From: an uncultured delta proteobacterium
Lineage (GTDB): Bacteria > Desulfobacterota > Desulfuromonadia > Desulfuromonadales > BM103
NCBI GenBank assembly: GCA_963715335.1
Contig: CAVQRZ010000001.1
Coordinates: forward strand, 224,001-288,000
DNA: 64,000 nt
Reading direction: 5' to 3'
Positions 9,001-18,652 of the stretch are shown piece after piece. The notes under the pieces are model-generated. The model was not told the DNA's origin, ran no database searches, and saw only the letters and a list, made by a program, of their open reading frames with translations. A program made the position numbers and the translations under genes. Each line of letters begins with the position of its first letter. Within the stretch, counting starts at the first letter, position 1.

Positions 9001-10622
9001 ACGGCAAGGTCACCAGCATCAGCGGCGCAACGGTTTGCGTGGATCTGCCCGATCTGAAAATCGGTGACCGGGTGTTTGTCGGCATCAGCAAACTGACCGG
9101 TGAAGTGGTCCGTCTCGAAGGCGATATCGCCACGGTCCAGGTTTTCGAGGACAATCGCGGGCTCGGTATCGGTGAACCGGTCATGACCGCGCAAGGGCCC
9201 TTGACGGTGCGCCTTGGCCCGGGCCTGCTCGGCGGCGTGTTCGACGGGTTGCAACGCCCCCTGCACAAGCTGCAGGAAGACAGCGGCGATTTCATCTCCA
9301 GCGGGCAGGACCCTTTTCCGCTCGACTGTCGCCGGAGCTGGGATTTCCATTCCGAATGCTCGTCCGGCGTCGCCCTGAAAACCGGCGAGGTCTTCGGCAC
9401 GGTCCGGGAAGGCCATATCGATCATTTGCTGATGTCCCCGCAGGACGGCACGCTGGCGCGAATCAACACCGGAGAGCTGCAGCTCGAGCAACCGGCTGCG
9501 CACTTCGAAGACGGCCAGCCGCTACTCGGCTGGCACAGCTGGCCGGTGCGCAAGGCACGGCCGATCCGGCGTAAACTGCCACCGGCGACGCCATTGGTCA
9601 CGGGCCAGCGTTGCCTCGATTTTCTCTTCCCGATGCTCAAGGGTGGGATTTCTATCGTCCCGGGCGGATTCGGCACCGGCAAGACGGTGCTGGAACAGAC
9701 GATTGCCAAGTTCGCCGATGTTGACGTGGTCGTCTACGTCGGCTGCGGCGAGCGCGGCAACGAGATGGCCGGGCTGCTCGACGAATTCAGCGAGCTGCAG
9801 GACCCCCGCAGTGAACGGCCGCTGATGGAACGGACCATCATCGTTGCCAACACGTCGAACATGCCGGTCGCAGCGCGCGAGTCATCGATCTTTACCGCGG
9901 TGACCATGGCCGAGTATTACCGCGACATGGGCCTCGACGTGCTGTTTCTCGCCGACAGCCTGTCGCGCTGGGCCGAGGCGCTGCGTGAAATCTCCGCGGC
10001 TCTTGAAGAGATGCCGGGAGAGGATGGCTATCCGACTTATCTCGGCTCCCGGCTTTCCGGTTTTATCGAACGTGCCGGGGTGGTGGAAACGCTCAGCGGT
10101 GCCAGCGGTTCGTTGAGCATGATTCTCGCCGTGTCGCCACCCGGATCAGATTTCGCCGAGCCTGTCACCCAGGCCTGTCTGCGCGTCGCCGGCGCCCTTT
10201 ACATGCTCGACACGCAGCTTGCCCATCGCAGGCATTTCCCGGCAATCAACTGGAGTCAGAGTTATTCCCTGTACAGCGATACCGCCCTGGCCCATTTCAC
10301 CGAACAGCATGCAGAATGGGCCAAGCTGCAAAGTCGTTGTCGTGACATCCTGCAGCGGGAAGAGGCGTTGCGCGAGGTGGCGGAAGTGGTCGGTATGGAA
10401 GGGCTGCAGGATGCGGACCGCCTGCTGATGAGAACCGCAGAAAAGATCCGCCTCGAGTTCCTTTGTCAGAACAGCTTCACAGACGATGCCTACGCGACGC
10501 CGCAAAGCACTCTTGAGCAGATAGCCGCGCTGATTTCCGAACACGAGCGGCTCAAAGCAGGCCTCACCGAAGGGATTCTGCTCGATGAACTTCTCAGAGA
10601 GGACGACGATGCGCCTGGCTGA
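8997..10622 (+). CDS. atpA: V/A-type ATP synthase catalytic subunit A
   Basis: PGGFGTGKT, YVGCGERGNEM, ANTSNMPVAARE, SRWAEALREIS. Confidence 0.96.
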   Translation: MNGKVTSISGATVCVDLPDLKIGDRVFVGISKLTGEVVRLEGDIATVQVFEDNRGLGIGEPVMTAQGPLTVRLGPGLLGGVFDGLQRPLHKLQEDSGDFISSGQDPFPLDCRRSWDFHSECSSGVALKTGEVFGTVREGHIDHLLMSPQDGTLARINTGELQLEQPAAHFEDGQPLLGWHSWPVRKARPIRRKLPPATPLVTGQRCLDFLFPMLKGGISIVPGGFGTGKTVLEQTIAKFADVDVVVYVGCGERGNEMAGLLDEFSELQDPRSERPLMERTIIVANTSNMPVAARESSIFTAVTMAEYYRDMGLDVLFLADSLSRWAEALREISAALEEMPGEDGYPTYLGSRLSGFIERAGVVETLSGASGSLSMILAVSPPGSDFAEPVTQACLRVAGALYMLDTQLAHRRHFPAINWSQSYSLYSDTALAHFTEQHAEWAKLQSRCRDILQREEALREVAEVVGMEGLQDADRLLMRTAEKIRLEFLCQNSFTDDAYATPQSTLEQIAALISEHERLKAGLTEGILLDELLREDDDAPG

Positions 10623-11934
10623 ACATCAATACAGTTCGATCAGCGCGATCCGCGGGCCGCTGCTGTTCCTTCACCGGGTTTTTGCCGCCCGACTCGGCGA
10701 ACTGGTGCGCATTGAGACGCCGGACGGGCGGACCCTGGGCGGCGAAGTTCTGAAAATCTCCGGCGAGCAGGTGCTGATACAGGTCTTCGGCGGGACCCAG
10801 GGGCTGGATACGCACAACACCACGGTCAGCTTCACTGATGCGGTCATGCGCGTTCCGCTCGGCTCCGGCGTGCTCGGCAGGGTCTTCGACGGCTCATTCA
10901 GGCCACGCGACGGCCTGCCCATGTTCGTTCCGGAATTCCGCATGCCGGTGCTCGGCGCGCCGATCAATCCGGTGGCGCGTGCTCACCCGGTCGAGTTCAT
11001 CGAGACCGGATTTTCAACCATCGACGGTCTAAATACCCTGGTCAAGGGGCAGAAACTGCCGATCTTCTCATGCTCAGGCCTGCCGGCCAGGGAGATGACC
11101 GACCAGATCCTGCGCCAGGCCCGTCTGACCGATGGCGGCAGCTTCGTCCTGGTTTTCGTTGCGCTCGGTCTGACCCATTTCGAGTACCAATTCTATCAGC
11201 AGACCCTCGAGCACATGCAGAGCCGCTTCGTCGGCTTCATCAACCTCGCCGACGATCCGGTGGTCGAGCGCCTGCTGGCTCCCCGTCTGGCGCTGACTGT
11301 TGCCGAAGACCTGGCCTTCCGCCAGGAGATGGACGTGCTGGTGATCATCACCGACATGACCAACTACTGCGACGCATTGCGTGAAATTTCCACCGCCCGC
11401 GAAGAACTCCCCGGCCGGCGCGGTTATCCCGGTCATATGTACTCCGACCTGGCTTCCCTTTATGAACGGGCCGGGCGCATCCACAACCGCAAAGGTTCGG
11501 TCACCCTGCTGCCGACCGTGACCATGCCCGAAGACGACATCACCCATCCGATCCCCGACCTGACGGGCTACATCACCGAAGGCCAGATCGTCCTCTCCCG
11601 GGAACTCCACCAGAAGGGGATTTATCCACCGGTGGATGTGCTGCCGAGCCTGTCCCGCCTGATGCAGCACGGCATCGGCAAGGGACAGACCCGCAACGAC
11701 CACCGCGACCTGGCCAATCACCTTTACCGCACTTACGCCAAAGGCTGCGACCTGCGCCGCCTCGAAGCAGTCGTCGGCCGCGATGGCATGCTGGCCGATG
11801 ACCGCAGACTGCTTGATTTTGCCGACCGTTTCGAAACCGATTTCGTTCATCAGGGGAAGCTACGCCGGACCATCGACGAGACCCTGGATACCGCGCAGAA
11901 GCTGATAGACGAGTTCCGGGAGGTGGCGCGATGA
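10609..11934 (+). CDS. atpB: V/A-type ATP synthase subunit B
   Basis: GQKLPIFS, PGRRGYPGHMYSDLASLYERAG, DITHPIPDLTGYITEGQ. Confidence 0.96.
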   Translation: MRLAEHQYSSISAIRGPLLFLHRVFAARLGELVRIETPDGRTLGGEVLKISGEQVLIQVFGGTQGLDTHNTTVSFTDAVMRVPLGSGVLGRVFDGSFRPRDGLPMFVPEFRMPVLGAPINPVARAHPVEFIETGFSTIDGLNTLVKGQKLPIFSCSGLPAREMTDQILRQARLTDGGSFVLVFVALGLTHFEYQFYQQTLEHMQSRFVGFINLADDPVVERLLAPRLALTVAEDLAFRQEMDVLVIITDMTNYCDALREISTAREELPGRRGYPGHMYSDLASLYERAGRIHNRKGSVTLLPTVTMPEDDITHPIPDLTGYITEGQIVLSRELHQKGIYPPVDVLPSLSRLMQHGIGKGQTRNDHRDLANHLYRTYAKGCDLRRLEAVVGRDGMLADDRRLLDFADRFETDFVHQGKLRRTIDETLDTAQKLIDEFREVAR

Positions 11935-12563
11935 TCCAGCCGACCAGGACCAACCTGCTGCAGTTGAAAGATCGTATGCGCGCCGTCGTCAACTGCACGA
12001 CGATCCTCAAGGGACGACGCCAGGCACTGATCAAAGAGTTTCTCAAAATCACCAGACCGCTCATAAAGTCACGGGAGGAACTCAGCCTGGCCTATGCGCG
12101 CGCCATTGATGCCCTGTACATCAGCAAGGCCCGCGAAGGACCGACTGCCGTCGATGCTCTGGCTGTCGCCAATCGGCGCGAAATCGCTGTCGAAGTTGCC
12201 GAGGGGAACCTGCTCGGCCTGCGCTTTCGCGACCTGACCAGGCATGAAACGGTTGCCCGCAGTTTCGAAGAACGCCCTTACGACATGCTCGGCAGCTCAC
12301 CCTGGCTTGACGAAGCGATCGAGGAATTTGAAGGAATCGTTGAGGAGATGCTGTCGCTGGCTAATTTTGAAGGGAAGTTCCGGCGCCTGGCCGAAGAGCT
12401 GGTGCGTCTGACGCGGCGGATCCGGATTCTCGAAGAGCGGATCGCGCCTCAACTGCAAGAGGACATCCATACCATGGCCCAGTACCTGGCCGAACGGGAA
12501 CGCGAGACTTTTTTCCGGCTGAAGCGTTTCAAAACTTACTCAGAGCGCCACGCCGGACGGTAA
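11931..12563 (+). CDS. atpD: V/A-type ATP synthase subunit D
   Basis: PTRTNL...TRRIRILE...ERERETFFRLK. Confidence 0.93.
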   Translation: MIQPTRTNLLQLKDRMRAVVNCTTILKGRRQALIKEFLKITRPLIKSREELSLAYARAIDALYISKAREGPTAVDALAVANRREIAVEVAEGNLLGLRFRDLTRHETVARSFEERPYDMLGSSPWLDEAIEEFEGIVEEMLSLANFEGKFRRLAEELVRLTRRIRILEERIAPQLQEDIHTMAQYLAERERETFFRLKRFKTYSERHAGR

Positions 12564-12590
12564 GCGCCGCACCGTTACCTTGCCCGCTAC

Positions 12591-13112
12591 TCAGCCGATC
12601 GGGCCAACCGGTACGTTGCCGACCATGATCTCCCGGTCGATGGTCGTCTGCAGGTAATTCTTCTGCTCAACCAGCTTGGTGACGACATTGCCTTCACCGA
12701 GAATGATCAGCGATTTTTCAAAGTCCTTCCCCCAGTTGCTGTCTGCCAGGTCCGGTTCGAAACAGACGATCCTGCCGATGCCTGCCTGGACGATCGCCTT
12801 GGCGCACTCGATGCAGGGATACCAGGGCACGTAGATCGTGCAACCCTTGGTTGAGACTCCCAGCAGAGCAGCATTGTAGATCGCATTGCGTTCCGCGTGC
12901 GAGACCCAAAGATATTTTTCGCCCGAGAGCGCATCGTGACGCTCCTCAACATCATCGTTCACCCCGCGGGGGATGCCATTGAACCCGGTTGAGCGGATTT
13001 CGTTGTCGGGCCCGACGATGACCGCGCCGACTTTTCTGCCGCGATCCTTGCTCCAGGTTGCTATGAGTTGGGCCAGGGCCATCCAGCGATTGTCCCAATT
13101 GGTGCTCGCCAT
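12591..13112 (-). CDS. dCMP deaminase family protein
   Basis: SKD...VGA, GFNG, HAERNA, PCIEC zinc deaminase motifs. Confidence 0.9.
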   Translation of the reverse strand: MASTNWDNRWMALAQLIATWSKDRGRKVGAVIVGPDNEIRSTGFNGIPRGVNDDVEERHDALSGEKYLWVSHAERNAIYNAALLGVSTKGCTIYVPWYPCIECAKAIVQAGIGRIVCFEPDLADSNWGKDFEKSLIILGEGNVVTKLVEQKNYLQTTIDREIMVGNVPVGPIG

Positions 13113-13161
13113 CTTCTTCTCCTCGGACGGCCAGGGCCTGACCGCTACAGGGATCCCTGCG

Positions 13162-13851
13162 TCAGCTGCACTTGGAGTCGCCGCAGTTCAGGCAGGTCAG
13201 ACAGCCATCCATGATAATGACGGCTTTGTTGAAGCACTTGCCGCACATCTTGGCATCCGCAGGAAAGGAGGCATCTTGTTCAGGCTGCGGCTGTCCCTTG
13301 AGAATCGCGTACTCAGCGCGCTTGGCCTGCAGCATTTCCCGGTGGGCTTCAGGCATCTGCTTTTCCTCGAGCAGCCCGATCATCCTCATGTGCCTTTCGA
13401 GGACATAGCCGATCTCGGCAACGATCGACGGCATAAAGCCTCCGCCCCCCGGTTTGAAGTAACCGCCCTGGGGATCGAAGACCGCCTTCATCTCATCGAC
13501 CAGGAAGGTGACGTCACCGCCTTTGCGAAACACTGCCGACATGACCCGGGTCAACGCCACGACCCACTGGAAGTGATCGAGGTTCTTCGAGTTGATGAAG
13601 ATCTCGAAAGGCCTGCGGATCTCGTTTTGCGTACCATAATTGAGCACCATATCGTTGATGGTGACATACAGGGCATGCTCGCTCTGCGGGGTCTTGATTT
13701 TATAGGTGGCGCCGACCAGCATTTCCGGGCGTTCGACATGCTCGTGCATGTCCTCGATCTTGTCCTGCTCAGCCTGCGCCGCCTTGGCTCTCTGTTCCTG
13801 GAGGTTAATGACCTCGTAGGAAACGATCTTCTTATCAATGGGATTCGACAT
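13162..13851 (-). CDS. nrdJb: Class II ribonucleotide reductase small part NrdJb (TSCPD + zinc ribbon)
   Basis: YVTIND, PFEIFIN, C-terminal CGKC...GCLTCLNCGDSKC; directly after nrdJa. Confidence 0.92.
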   Translation of the reverse strand: MSNPIDKKIVSYEVINLQEQRAKAAQAEQDKIEDMHEHVERPEMLVGATYKIKTPQSEHALYVTINDMVLNYGTQNEIRRPFEIFINSKNLDHFQWVVALTRVMSAVFRKGGDVTFLVDEMKAVFDPQGGYFKPGGGGFMPSIVAEIGYVLERHMRMIGLLEEKQMPEAHREMLQAKRAEYAILKGQPQPEQDASFPADAKMCGKCFNKAVIIMDGCLTCLNCGDSKCS

Positions 13852-13865
13852 TTTTTCAGTCCTTG

Positions 13866-16019
13866 TTACAGTTTGCCGTAGTAGCCCTCCTTGAGGGCGT
13901 CGAACAGATTGGCCGCGGTGTGGGTCTCGTTGTCGTATTCAACTTCCTGGTTGCCGCGGAATTCGACCACAGAGCCGTCTTCCAAGGTAAAGCGATAGAG
14001 TGTCTCCGCCAGGTCTTTTTCCTGGACCAGGACCCCCTGGAAAGCTTCCGGGTTGTAACGGAAAGTCGTGCAGCCTTTCAAACCCTGCTCGTAGGCGTAC
14101 AGGTAGATATCCTGGAAATCCGCATAGGGGAAATCACTCGGCACATTGGCGGTCTTGGAAATCGAGGAATCGATCCACTTCTGGGCCGCGGCCTGGATAT
14201 CCACATGCTGTTTCGGCTTGATGTCGTCCGTGGTGATAAAGTTGCCGGGCAGCTGCCGGTTCGGATCCTTGCTGCCTGGCATGGCCTGCGGATTGACCAG
14301 CTCCCGGTAAGCCAGCAGTTCATAGGAGAAGACGTCGATTTTCTCCTTGCTCTTCCTGCCGGGACGGATCAGGTTGCGAGAGTAGTGGTGCGCGAAACTC
14401 GGCTCAATACCGTTGGAAGCATTGTTGGCGATTGACAGCGAGATGGTTCCGGTCGGTGCGATCGAACTGTGATGAGTGAAGCGCGCGCCAACGTCGGCCA
14501 GCTCTGCCACCAGTTCCGGCGCTTTTTGCGCCAGCTGCTGCATGTAGCGGCTGTAGCGGGAATGCAGGACGCGACCGGGGACCAGGTCACCCACCTTGAT
14601 GCCGTCGGCGGCCATCTCCGGCCGCTTGCGCAGCATTTCTGCAGTGACCGTATATTCCTCGACCAGCGCCGGGGCCGGGCCTTTTTCGCGGGACAGGTCA
14701 AGAGCTTGTTGCCAGCCGGCGAGTGCCATCTGCAAGGTGACTTCCTCGGTGAACGCGATTGACTCAGCGTCGCCGTATTTCATGCCGAGCAGGGAAATCG
14801 CCGAACCGAGACCAAGGTAACCCATGCCATGGCGGCGCTTGCCGTAGATTTCGCTGCGCTGTTGCTCGAGGGGCAGGCCGTTGATCTCCACCACGTTATC
14901 GAGCATGCGGGTGAAGACCGCGACCACTTCGCGAAAACGCTCCCAGTTGAAACAGACCTCGGCGGTAAAGGGATGCTCGACAAAGCGGGTCAGGTTGATC
15001 GAACCGAGCAGGCAGGAGCCATAAGGTGGCAACGGCTGCTCGCCGCACGGGTTGGTGGCGCGGATTTCCTCGCAGAACCAGTTGTTGTTCATCTCGTTGA
15101 CCTTGTCGATCAGGATGAAGCCCGGTTCGGCGAAGTCATAAGTGGAAGCCATGATCACGTTCCACAACTGCTTGGCGCGGATGGTGCGATAAATCCTGCA
15201 GGCCACCTGGCCGACCTCGTTCTGGATGTAATCTTCTTTAACCGGCCAGTCCTTCCAGAGAATCCGGGTCGAATCTTTCAGGTCCAGCCCGTCACGCTCC
15301 CGCTCCTTTTCGGTCAGGGGGAAGCAGAGCGGCCAGTCAGCGTCCTGTTTGACCGCCTCGACGAATTCATCGGTAATCAGCAGAGACAGGTTGAACTGAC
15401 GCAGGCGTCCATCTTCCCGCTTGGCCTTGATGAATTCGAGCACGTCCGGATGGGAAATATCGAAGGTCGCCATTTGCGCGCCGCGCCGACCACCGGCCGA
15501 AGCAACCGTGCGACACATGCTGTCGTAGATGTCCATGAATGACAGCGGACCAGAGGTGTTGGCCCCGGCGCCGTTGACAAAGGCGTTGCGCGGCCGCAGG
15601 GTCGAGAAATCATAGCCAATACCGCAGCCCGCCTTCAAGGTCAGGCCGGCCTCGTGCACTTTGGCCAGGATTTCGTTCATCGAGTCGCCAACCGTAGCGG
15701 AAACCGTGCAGTTGATGGTCGAGGTCGCCGGCTTGTGTTCGAGCGCTCCGGCGTTGGAGGTAATCCGGCCAGCCGGAATCGCTCCGTTCTCCAACGCCCA
15801 CAGGAACCGCCCGAACCAGTGGCGTTGCTGTTTCTCGTCTGTCTCAACGCCCGCCAGCGCTCTGGCAACTCGTTCATAGGTTGCGTGCAGATCTGCATCA
15901 ACCGGCTTCCCCGTCGCATCCTTGAGCCGGTACTTGCTGTCCCAGATCTCCCTGGAGGCCTCCTGCCAGGGGATCTCCGTCGGCTCGGCCGCTATCTTGA
16001 TCACGTTTCCTTCCATCAA
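13866..16019 (-). CDS. nrdJa: Adenosylcobalamin-dependent ribonucleotide reductase NrdJa
   Basis: TINC, GGRRGAQM, ATNPCGEQPL...CLLGS, IAPTGTIS, DSSISKT. Confidence 0.95.
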   Translation of the reverse strand: MMEGNVIKIAAEPTEIPWQEASREIWDSKYRLKDATGKPVDADLHATYERVARALAGVETDEKQQRHWFGRFLWALENGAIPAGRITSNAGALEHKPATSTINCTVSATVGDSMNEILAKVHEAGLTLKAGCGIGYDFSTLRPRNAFVNGAGANTSGPLSFMDIYDSMCRTVASAGGRRGAQMATFDISHPDVLEFIKAKREDGRLRQFNLSLLITDEFVEAVKQDADWPLCFPLTEKERERDGLDLKDSTRILWKDWPVKEDYIQNEVGQVACRIYRTIRAKQLWNVIMASTYDFAEPGFILIDKVNEMNNNWFCEEIRATNPCGEQPLPPYGSCLLGSINLTRFVEHPFTAEVCFNWERFREVVAVFTRMLDNVVEINGLPLEQQRSEIYGKRRHGMGYLGLGSAISLLGMKYGDAESIAFTEEVTLQMALAGWQQALDLSREKGPAPALVEEYTVTAEMLRKRPEMAADGIKVGDLVPGRVLHSRYSRYMQQLAQKAPELVAELADVGARFTHHSSIAPTGTISLSIANNASNGIEPSFAHHYSRNLIRPGRKSKEKIDVFSYELLAYRELVNPQAMPGSKDPNRQLPGNFITTDDIKPKQHVDIQAAAQKWIDSSISKTANVPSDFPYADFQDIYLYAYEQGLKGCTTFRYNPEAFQGVLVQEKDLAETLYRFTLEDGSVVEFRGNQEVEYDNETHTAANLFDALKEGYYGKL

Positions 16020-16110
16020 TCCGTATCCTTTTGCGTCCTCTTAATAGGCCTGGTCCGGACAGAACACAAAAGCATGTCCCAATATCCGGAAGACCCCGCA
16101 TAACAGAAAA

Positions 16111-16157
16111 CTACTATATATTGTAGGGTCATGACTATACCCTACAATATCTGGGCC
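16111..16157. promoter_or_regulatory. Tandem NrdR boxes
   Basis: ctaCtAtATaTtGtag (16111-16126) and ctaCaAtATcTgGgcc (16142-16157), 31 bp apart, upstream of nrdJa; fits acaCwAtATaTwGtg consensus. Confidence 0.85.
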
Positions 16158-16344
16158 TGCAAACCGAAAAATTAGCCGAACATTCAAAATTTTGGCAAAC
16201 CGCTCAAACCACAGCATTTTTTTGATTTATCAATTATGCCGGGAGGGGGGTACCGGCAATCCCCGGTTGAGAGAGTGAACATCATCATGCTGGCAGGTGC
16301 GGATTGGCGGGAAACCGGCTGGGGACGGGGCGTCGGACAGGAAC

Positions 16345-17595
16345 TCAGGTCGAGGGGGCCGATATTCTGACCGGAGCCGCCCGCTCCGACCATTTTTGCC
16401 ACACCTTCTTGTAAGGGATGGTGCGAAAATCGAGACTCATCCTTTCCTTTCTCTCGCCTGGCTCAAAGCCCTGCTCGAGGACTGCCGCCTCGATGGCCGG
16501 CATATGCATCGCTCCCCAGGGGATGATGATTGTTTCATAACGCTGCAAGGCCTTTGACAAGCTGATGATTACTGCATCGTTGCGCTTGTCGAGAATATCC
16601 GTCATGACAACGGTGACCCGTTCCGGGGTCATGTTTTCATCTGCCCAGGTGGTATATTCGGCGAAAACTTGGGCCACTGGCTTGCCGCTGAACAGGGTCC
16701 GGCCGATCGCGTTGAGGAATTCGATCGTCTGCGGATCGAAACGGCTCAGGTCTATATCGGCCCAGGCGATATCCGGTTTATCCCGACCCCCTTGCGCAGC
16801 CTGGTCCGGATCATCCAGGTCAACCAGGTTGCCATCGATCTGCATCTTATCCTGGGAGCTTAGCCCGATGACCCCCGCCAGCTTGCTATAGTTGAAATTG
16901 TGCTCCAGCAACCGGTCCCGATCTGTCACCCCCTCAGTGAGAATAACTGTCGCATCGGTCGAAATTGAATCGGCCAGGTCTGCGTAGTACTCCTCCTTGC
17001 CGATATGTATCATCCCCGCCAGGCGAATCTCTTTGGACTCGCGATGGTAGCTGCGCTCGGCCATATAGATGCCAACCGGGCTGAGACGAAGGAAACCGGC
17101 CGTCCGCTCCTCAAGATAGTTACCGGCCAGAGCCAGGCAGCCATAAAGCATTACCAAGGGCGTCAAAAGCAGGTTAATCCCCGTGAAGCCCAGGGTATTG
17201 CTCAGGCTGAAGGGGTTGGTCTGGAAGAGCTCTTGCGGCAGCAGAACCCGGCCACGGAGGAGCGCAATGGCAAGTAGCCCGGTTGCCGCCTGGCCGATGG
17301 CAGCGAGCAACGGCAGCGACGCGCGGTCGATCACACCGGAGAGTGGCCACATCGCCACGGTGCACCAGGCAATGTAAAGGGTCATCGGTAAAAAAACCCG
17401 CTTGGGCAGACGCCGGTCTATCCCCAGGCAGACGTAAACCACCATGCTCAAGGCGATCGTCACAAATGCGACCAGCAGGCGCCCACTGGTGAAAAGAGGG
17501 TAGGGCGACCCGACGACAACAAGGAGTTCATCGACCAGTGAGAGACCGGCATCGATCAGGAAGATAATCAGGTAAAAATTGGCAAAGCGATGCAC
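16345..17595 (-). CDS. Membrane protein with C-terminal TraB/GumN-like domain
   Basis: About 5 hydrophobic helices then GMIHIG, TEG, DKRN, WGAMH motifs. Confidence 0.6.
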   Translation of the reverse strand: MHRFANFYLIIFLIDAGLSLVDELLVVVGSPYPLFTSGRLLVAFVTIALSMVVYVCLGIDRRLPKRVFLPMTLYIAWCTVAMWPLSGVIDRASLPLLAAIGQAATGLLAIALLRGRVLLPQELFQTNPFSLSNTLGFTGINLLLTPLVMLYGCLALAGNYLEERTAGFLRLSPVGIYMAERSYHRESKEIRLAGMIHIGKEEYYADLADSISTDATVILTEGVTDRDRLLEHNFNYSKLAGVIGLSSQDKMQIDGNLVDLDDPDQAAQGGRDKPDIAWADIDLSRFDPQTIEFLNAIGRTLFSGKPVAQVFAEYTTWADENMTPERVTVVMTDILDKRNDAVIISLSKALQRYETIIIPWGAMHMPAIEAAVLEQGFEPGERKERMSLDFRTIPYKKVWQKWSERAAPVRISAPST

Positions 17596-17721
17596 AATAA
17601 ACTCCTTGCTGCGGAAGAAAAGCGATGCCCATTCTAGACTTTTTTAGCTGGCAAATGAACAAAAAGGTCGTCGGCAGGGTATATTGGGAAGACATATACC
17701 CATCAACGAATGGAGGGTTAC

Positions 17722-17964
17722 ATGAGCTTGGAGCTTTTGCGGGGTACGCTGGCATGGAGCGCGGTACTGAATATGGGTATCCTGCTCTGGTGGTTTCTCT
17801 TTCTCACCTTCGCCCACGACTGGGTCTACAGGGTACACAGCAGATTCTACAAGATTCCGGTCGAACACTTCACAACCATCCACTACGCCGGGATGACATT
17901 CTACAAGATCTGTATCTTCACCTTTTTTATCGTCCCCTACCTGGCGTTGCGGATCATGTCCTGA
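17722..17964 (+). CDS. Small membrane protein (DUF6868-like)
   Basis: GGAGG RBS; HDWVYRVHSRFY...YKI...IVPYLAL pattern. Confidence 0.7.
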   Translation: MSLELLRGTLAWSAVLNMGILLWWFLFLTFAHDWVYRVHSRFYKIPVEHFTTIHYAGMTFYKICIFTFFIVPYLALRIMS

Positions 17965-17990
17965 CCACCATAAATATGGGGGAGGCGAGC

Positions 17991-18611
17991 CTACTTCGAG
18001 TAGAGCTCGACGATCATTTGTTCATTCGCGGCAACCTGGATTTCGTCGCGCTGCGGCAGGCGGTTGACCGTTACGGTCATCCCTTTCTGATCAAGCGTGA
18101 GCCATTCGGCTCCACCAAAACGCGGATTTTCCACCAGGTAGCGTGCTGCCAGCTCTCTGGATGACAAACCGTCGCAAACACTGATCACGTCACCGGCCCT
18201 GACCCGGTACGACGCAATATCCACCCGGCGGCCATTGACCTTGAGATGACCATGATTGACCAGCTGCCGCGCCTGCATCAGGGTACAACCAAGCCCGGCA
18301 CGAAAAGCGATGCTGTCGAGACGGGTTTCGAGCAAGCTTAACAGGTTGTCTCCGGTCACTCCGCGCATCTGCTGGGCCTTGCGAAAGGTCCGGCGGAACT
18401 GCTTCTCGAGCAGGCCGTAGGCGTGACGCAGCTTTTGCTTTTCGATCAGCTGCTGGCCGTAGTCAGAGACCTTGCGCCGGGCCTGGTTCGGGCCATGTTG
18501 ACCGGGGCCGTGGCTGCGACGTTCGAGCAGCCGGTCATACTTGGGGTTGCCGTATATATTGACGCCGAACCGGCGAACCAGCTTGCCTTTCGGGCCTGTA
18601 AATTTAGCCAT
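17991..18611 (-). CDS. rpsD: 30S ribosomal protein S4, stand-alone zinc-free paralog
   Basis: GPGQHG, QLIEKQKL..YG, LETRLD, ARQLVNHGH, IVELYSK; no N-terminal CxxC. Confidence 0.95.
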   Translation of the reverse strand: MAKFTGPKGKLVRRFGVNIYGNPKYDRLLERRSHGPGQHGPNQARRKVSDYGQQLIEKQKLRHAYGLLEKQFRRTFRKAQQMRGVTGDNLLSLLETRLDSIAFRAGLGCTLMQARQLVNHGHLKVNGRRVDIASYRVRAGDVISVCDGLSSRELAARYLVENPRFGGAEWLTLDQKGMTVTVNRLPQRDEIQVAANEQMIVELYSK

Positions 18612-18635
18612 AAACTTGATTTCTCCTGGAGGTTA

Positions 18636-18652
18636 TTGAAAACGGTTTTCAT
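18636..18652. promoter_or_regulatory. Fur-family-like palindromic operator upstream of rpsD paralog
   Basis: TTGAAAACGGTTTTCAT lies between the RBS and a minus-strand TTGACA(18680-18675)-N17-TAGTAA promoter. Confidence 0.65.

Noticed and set aside
16160..16344. Cobalamin riboswitch upstream of B12-dependent nrdJ
   Set aside because: No B12-box or GGGAA/GCCACTG core seen on the minus strand; NrdR boxes explain the regulation
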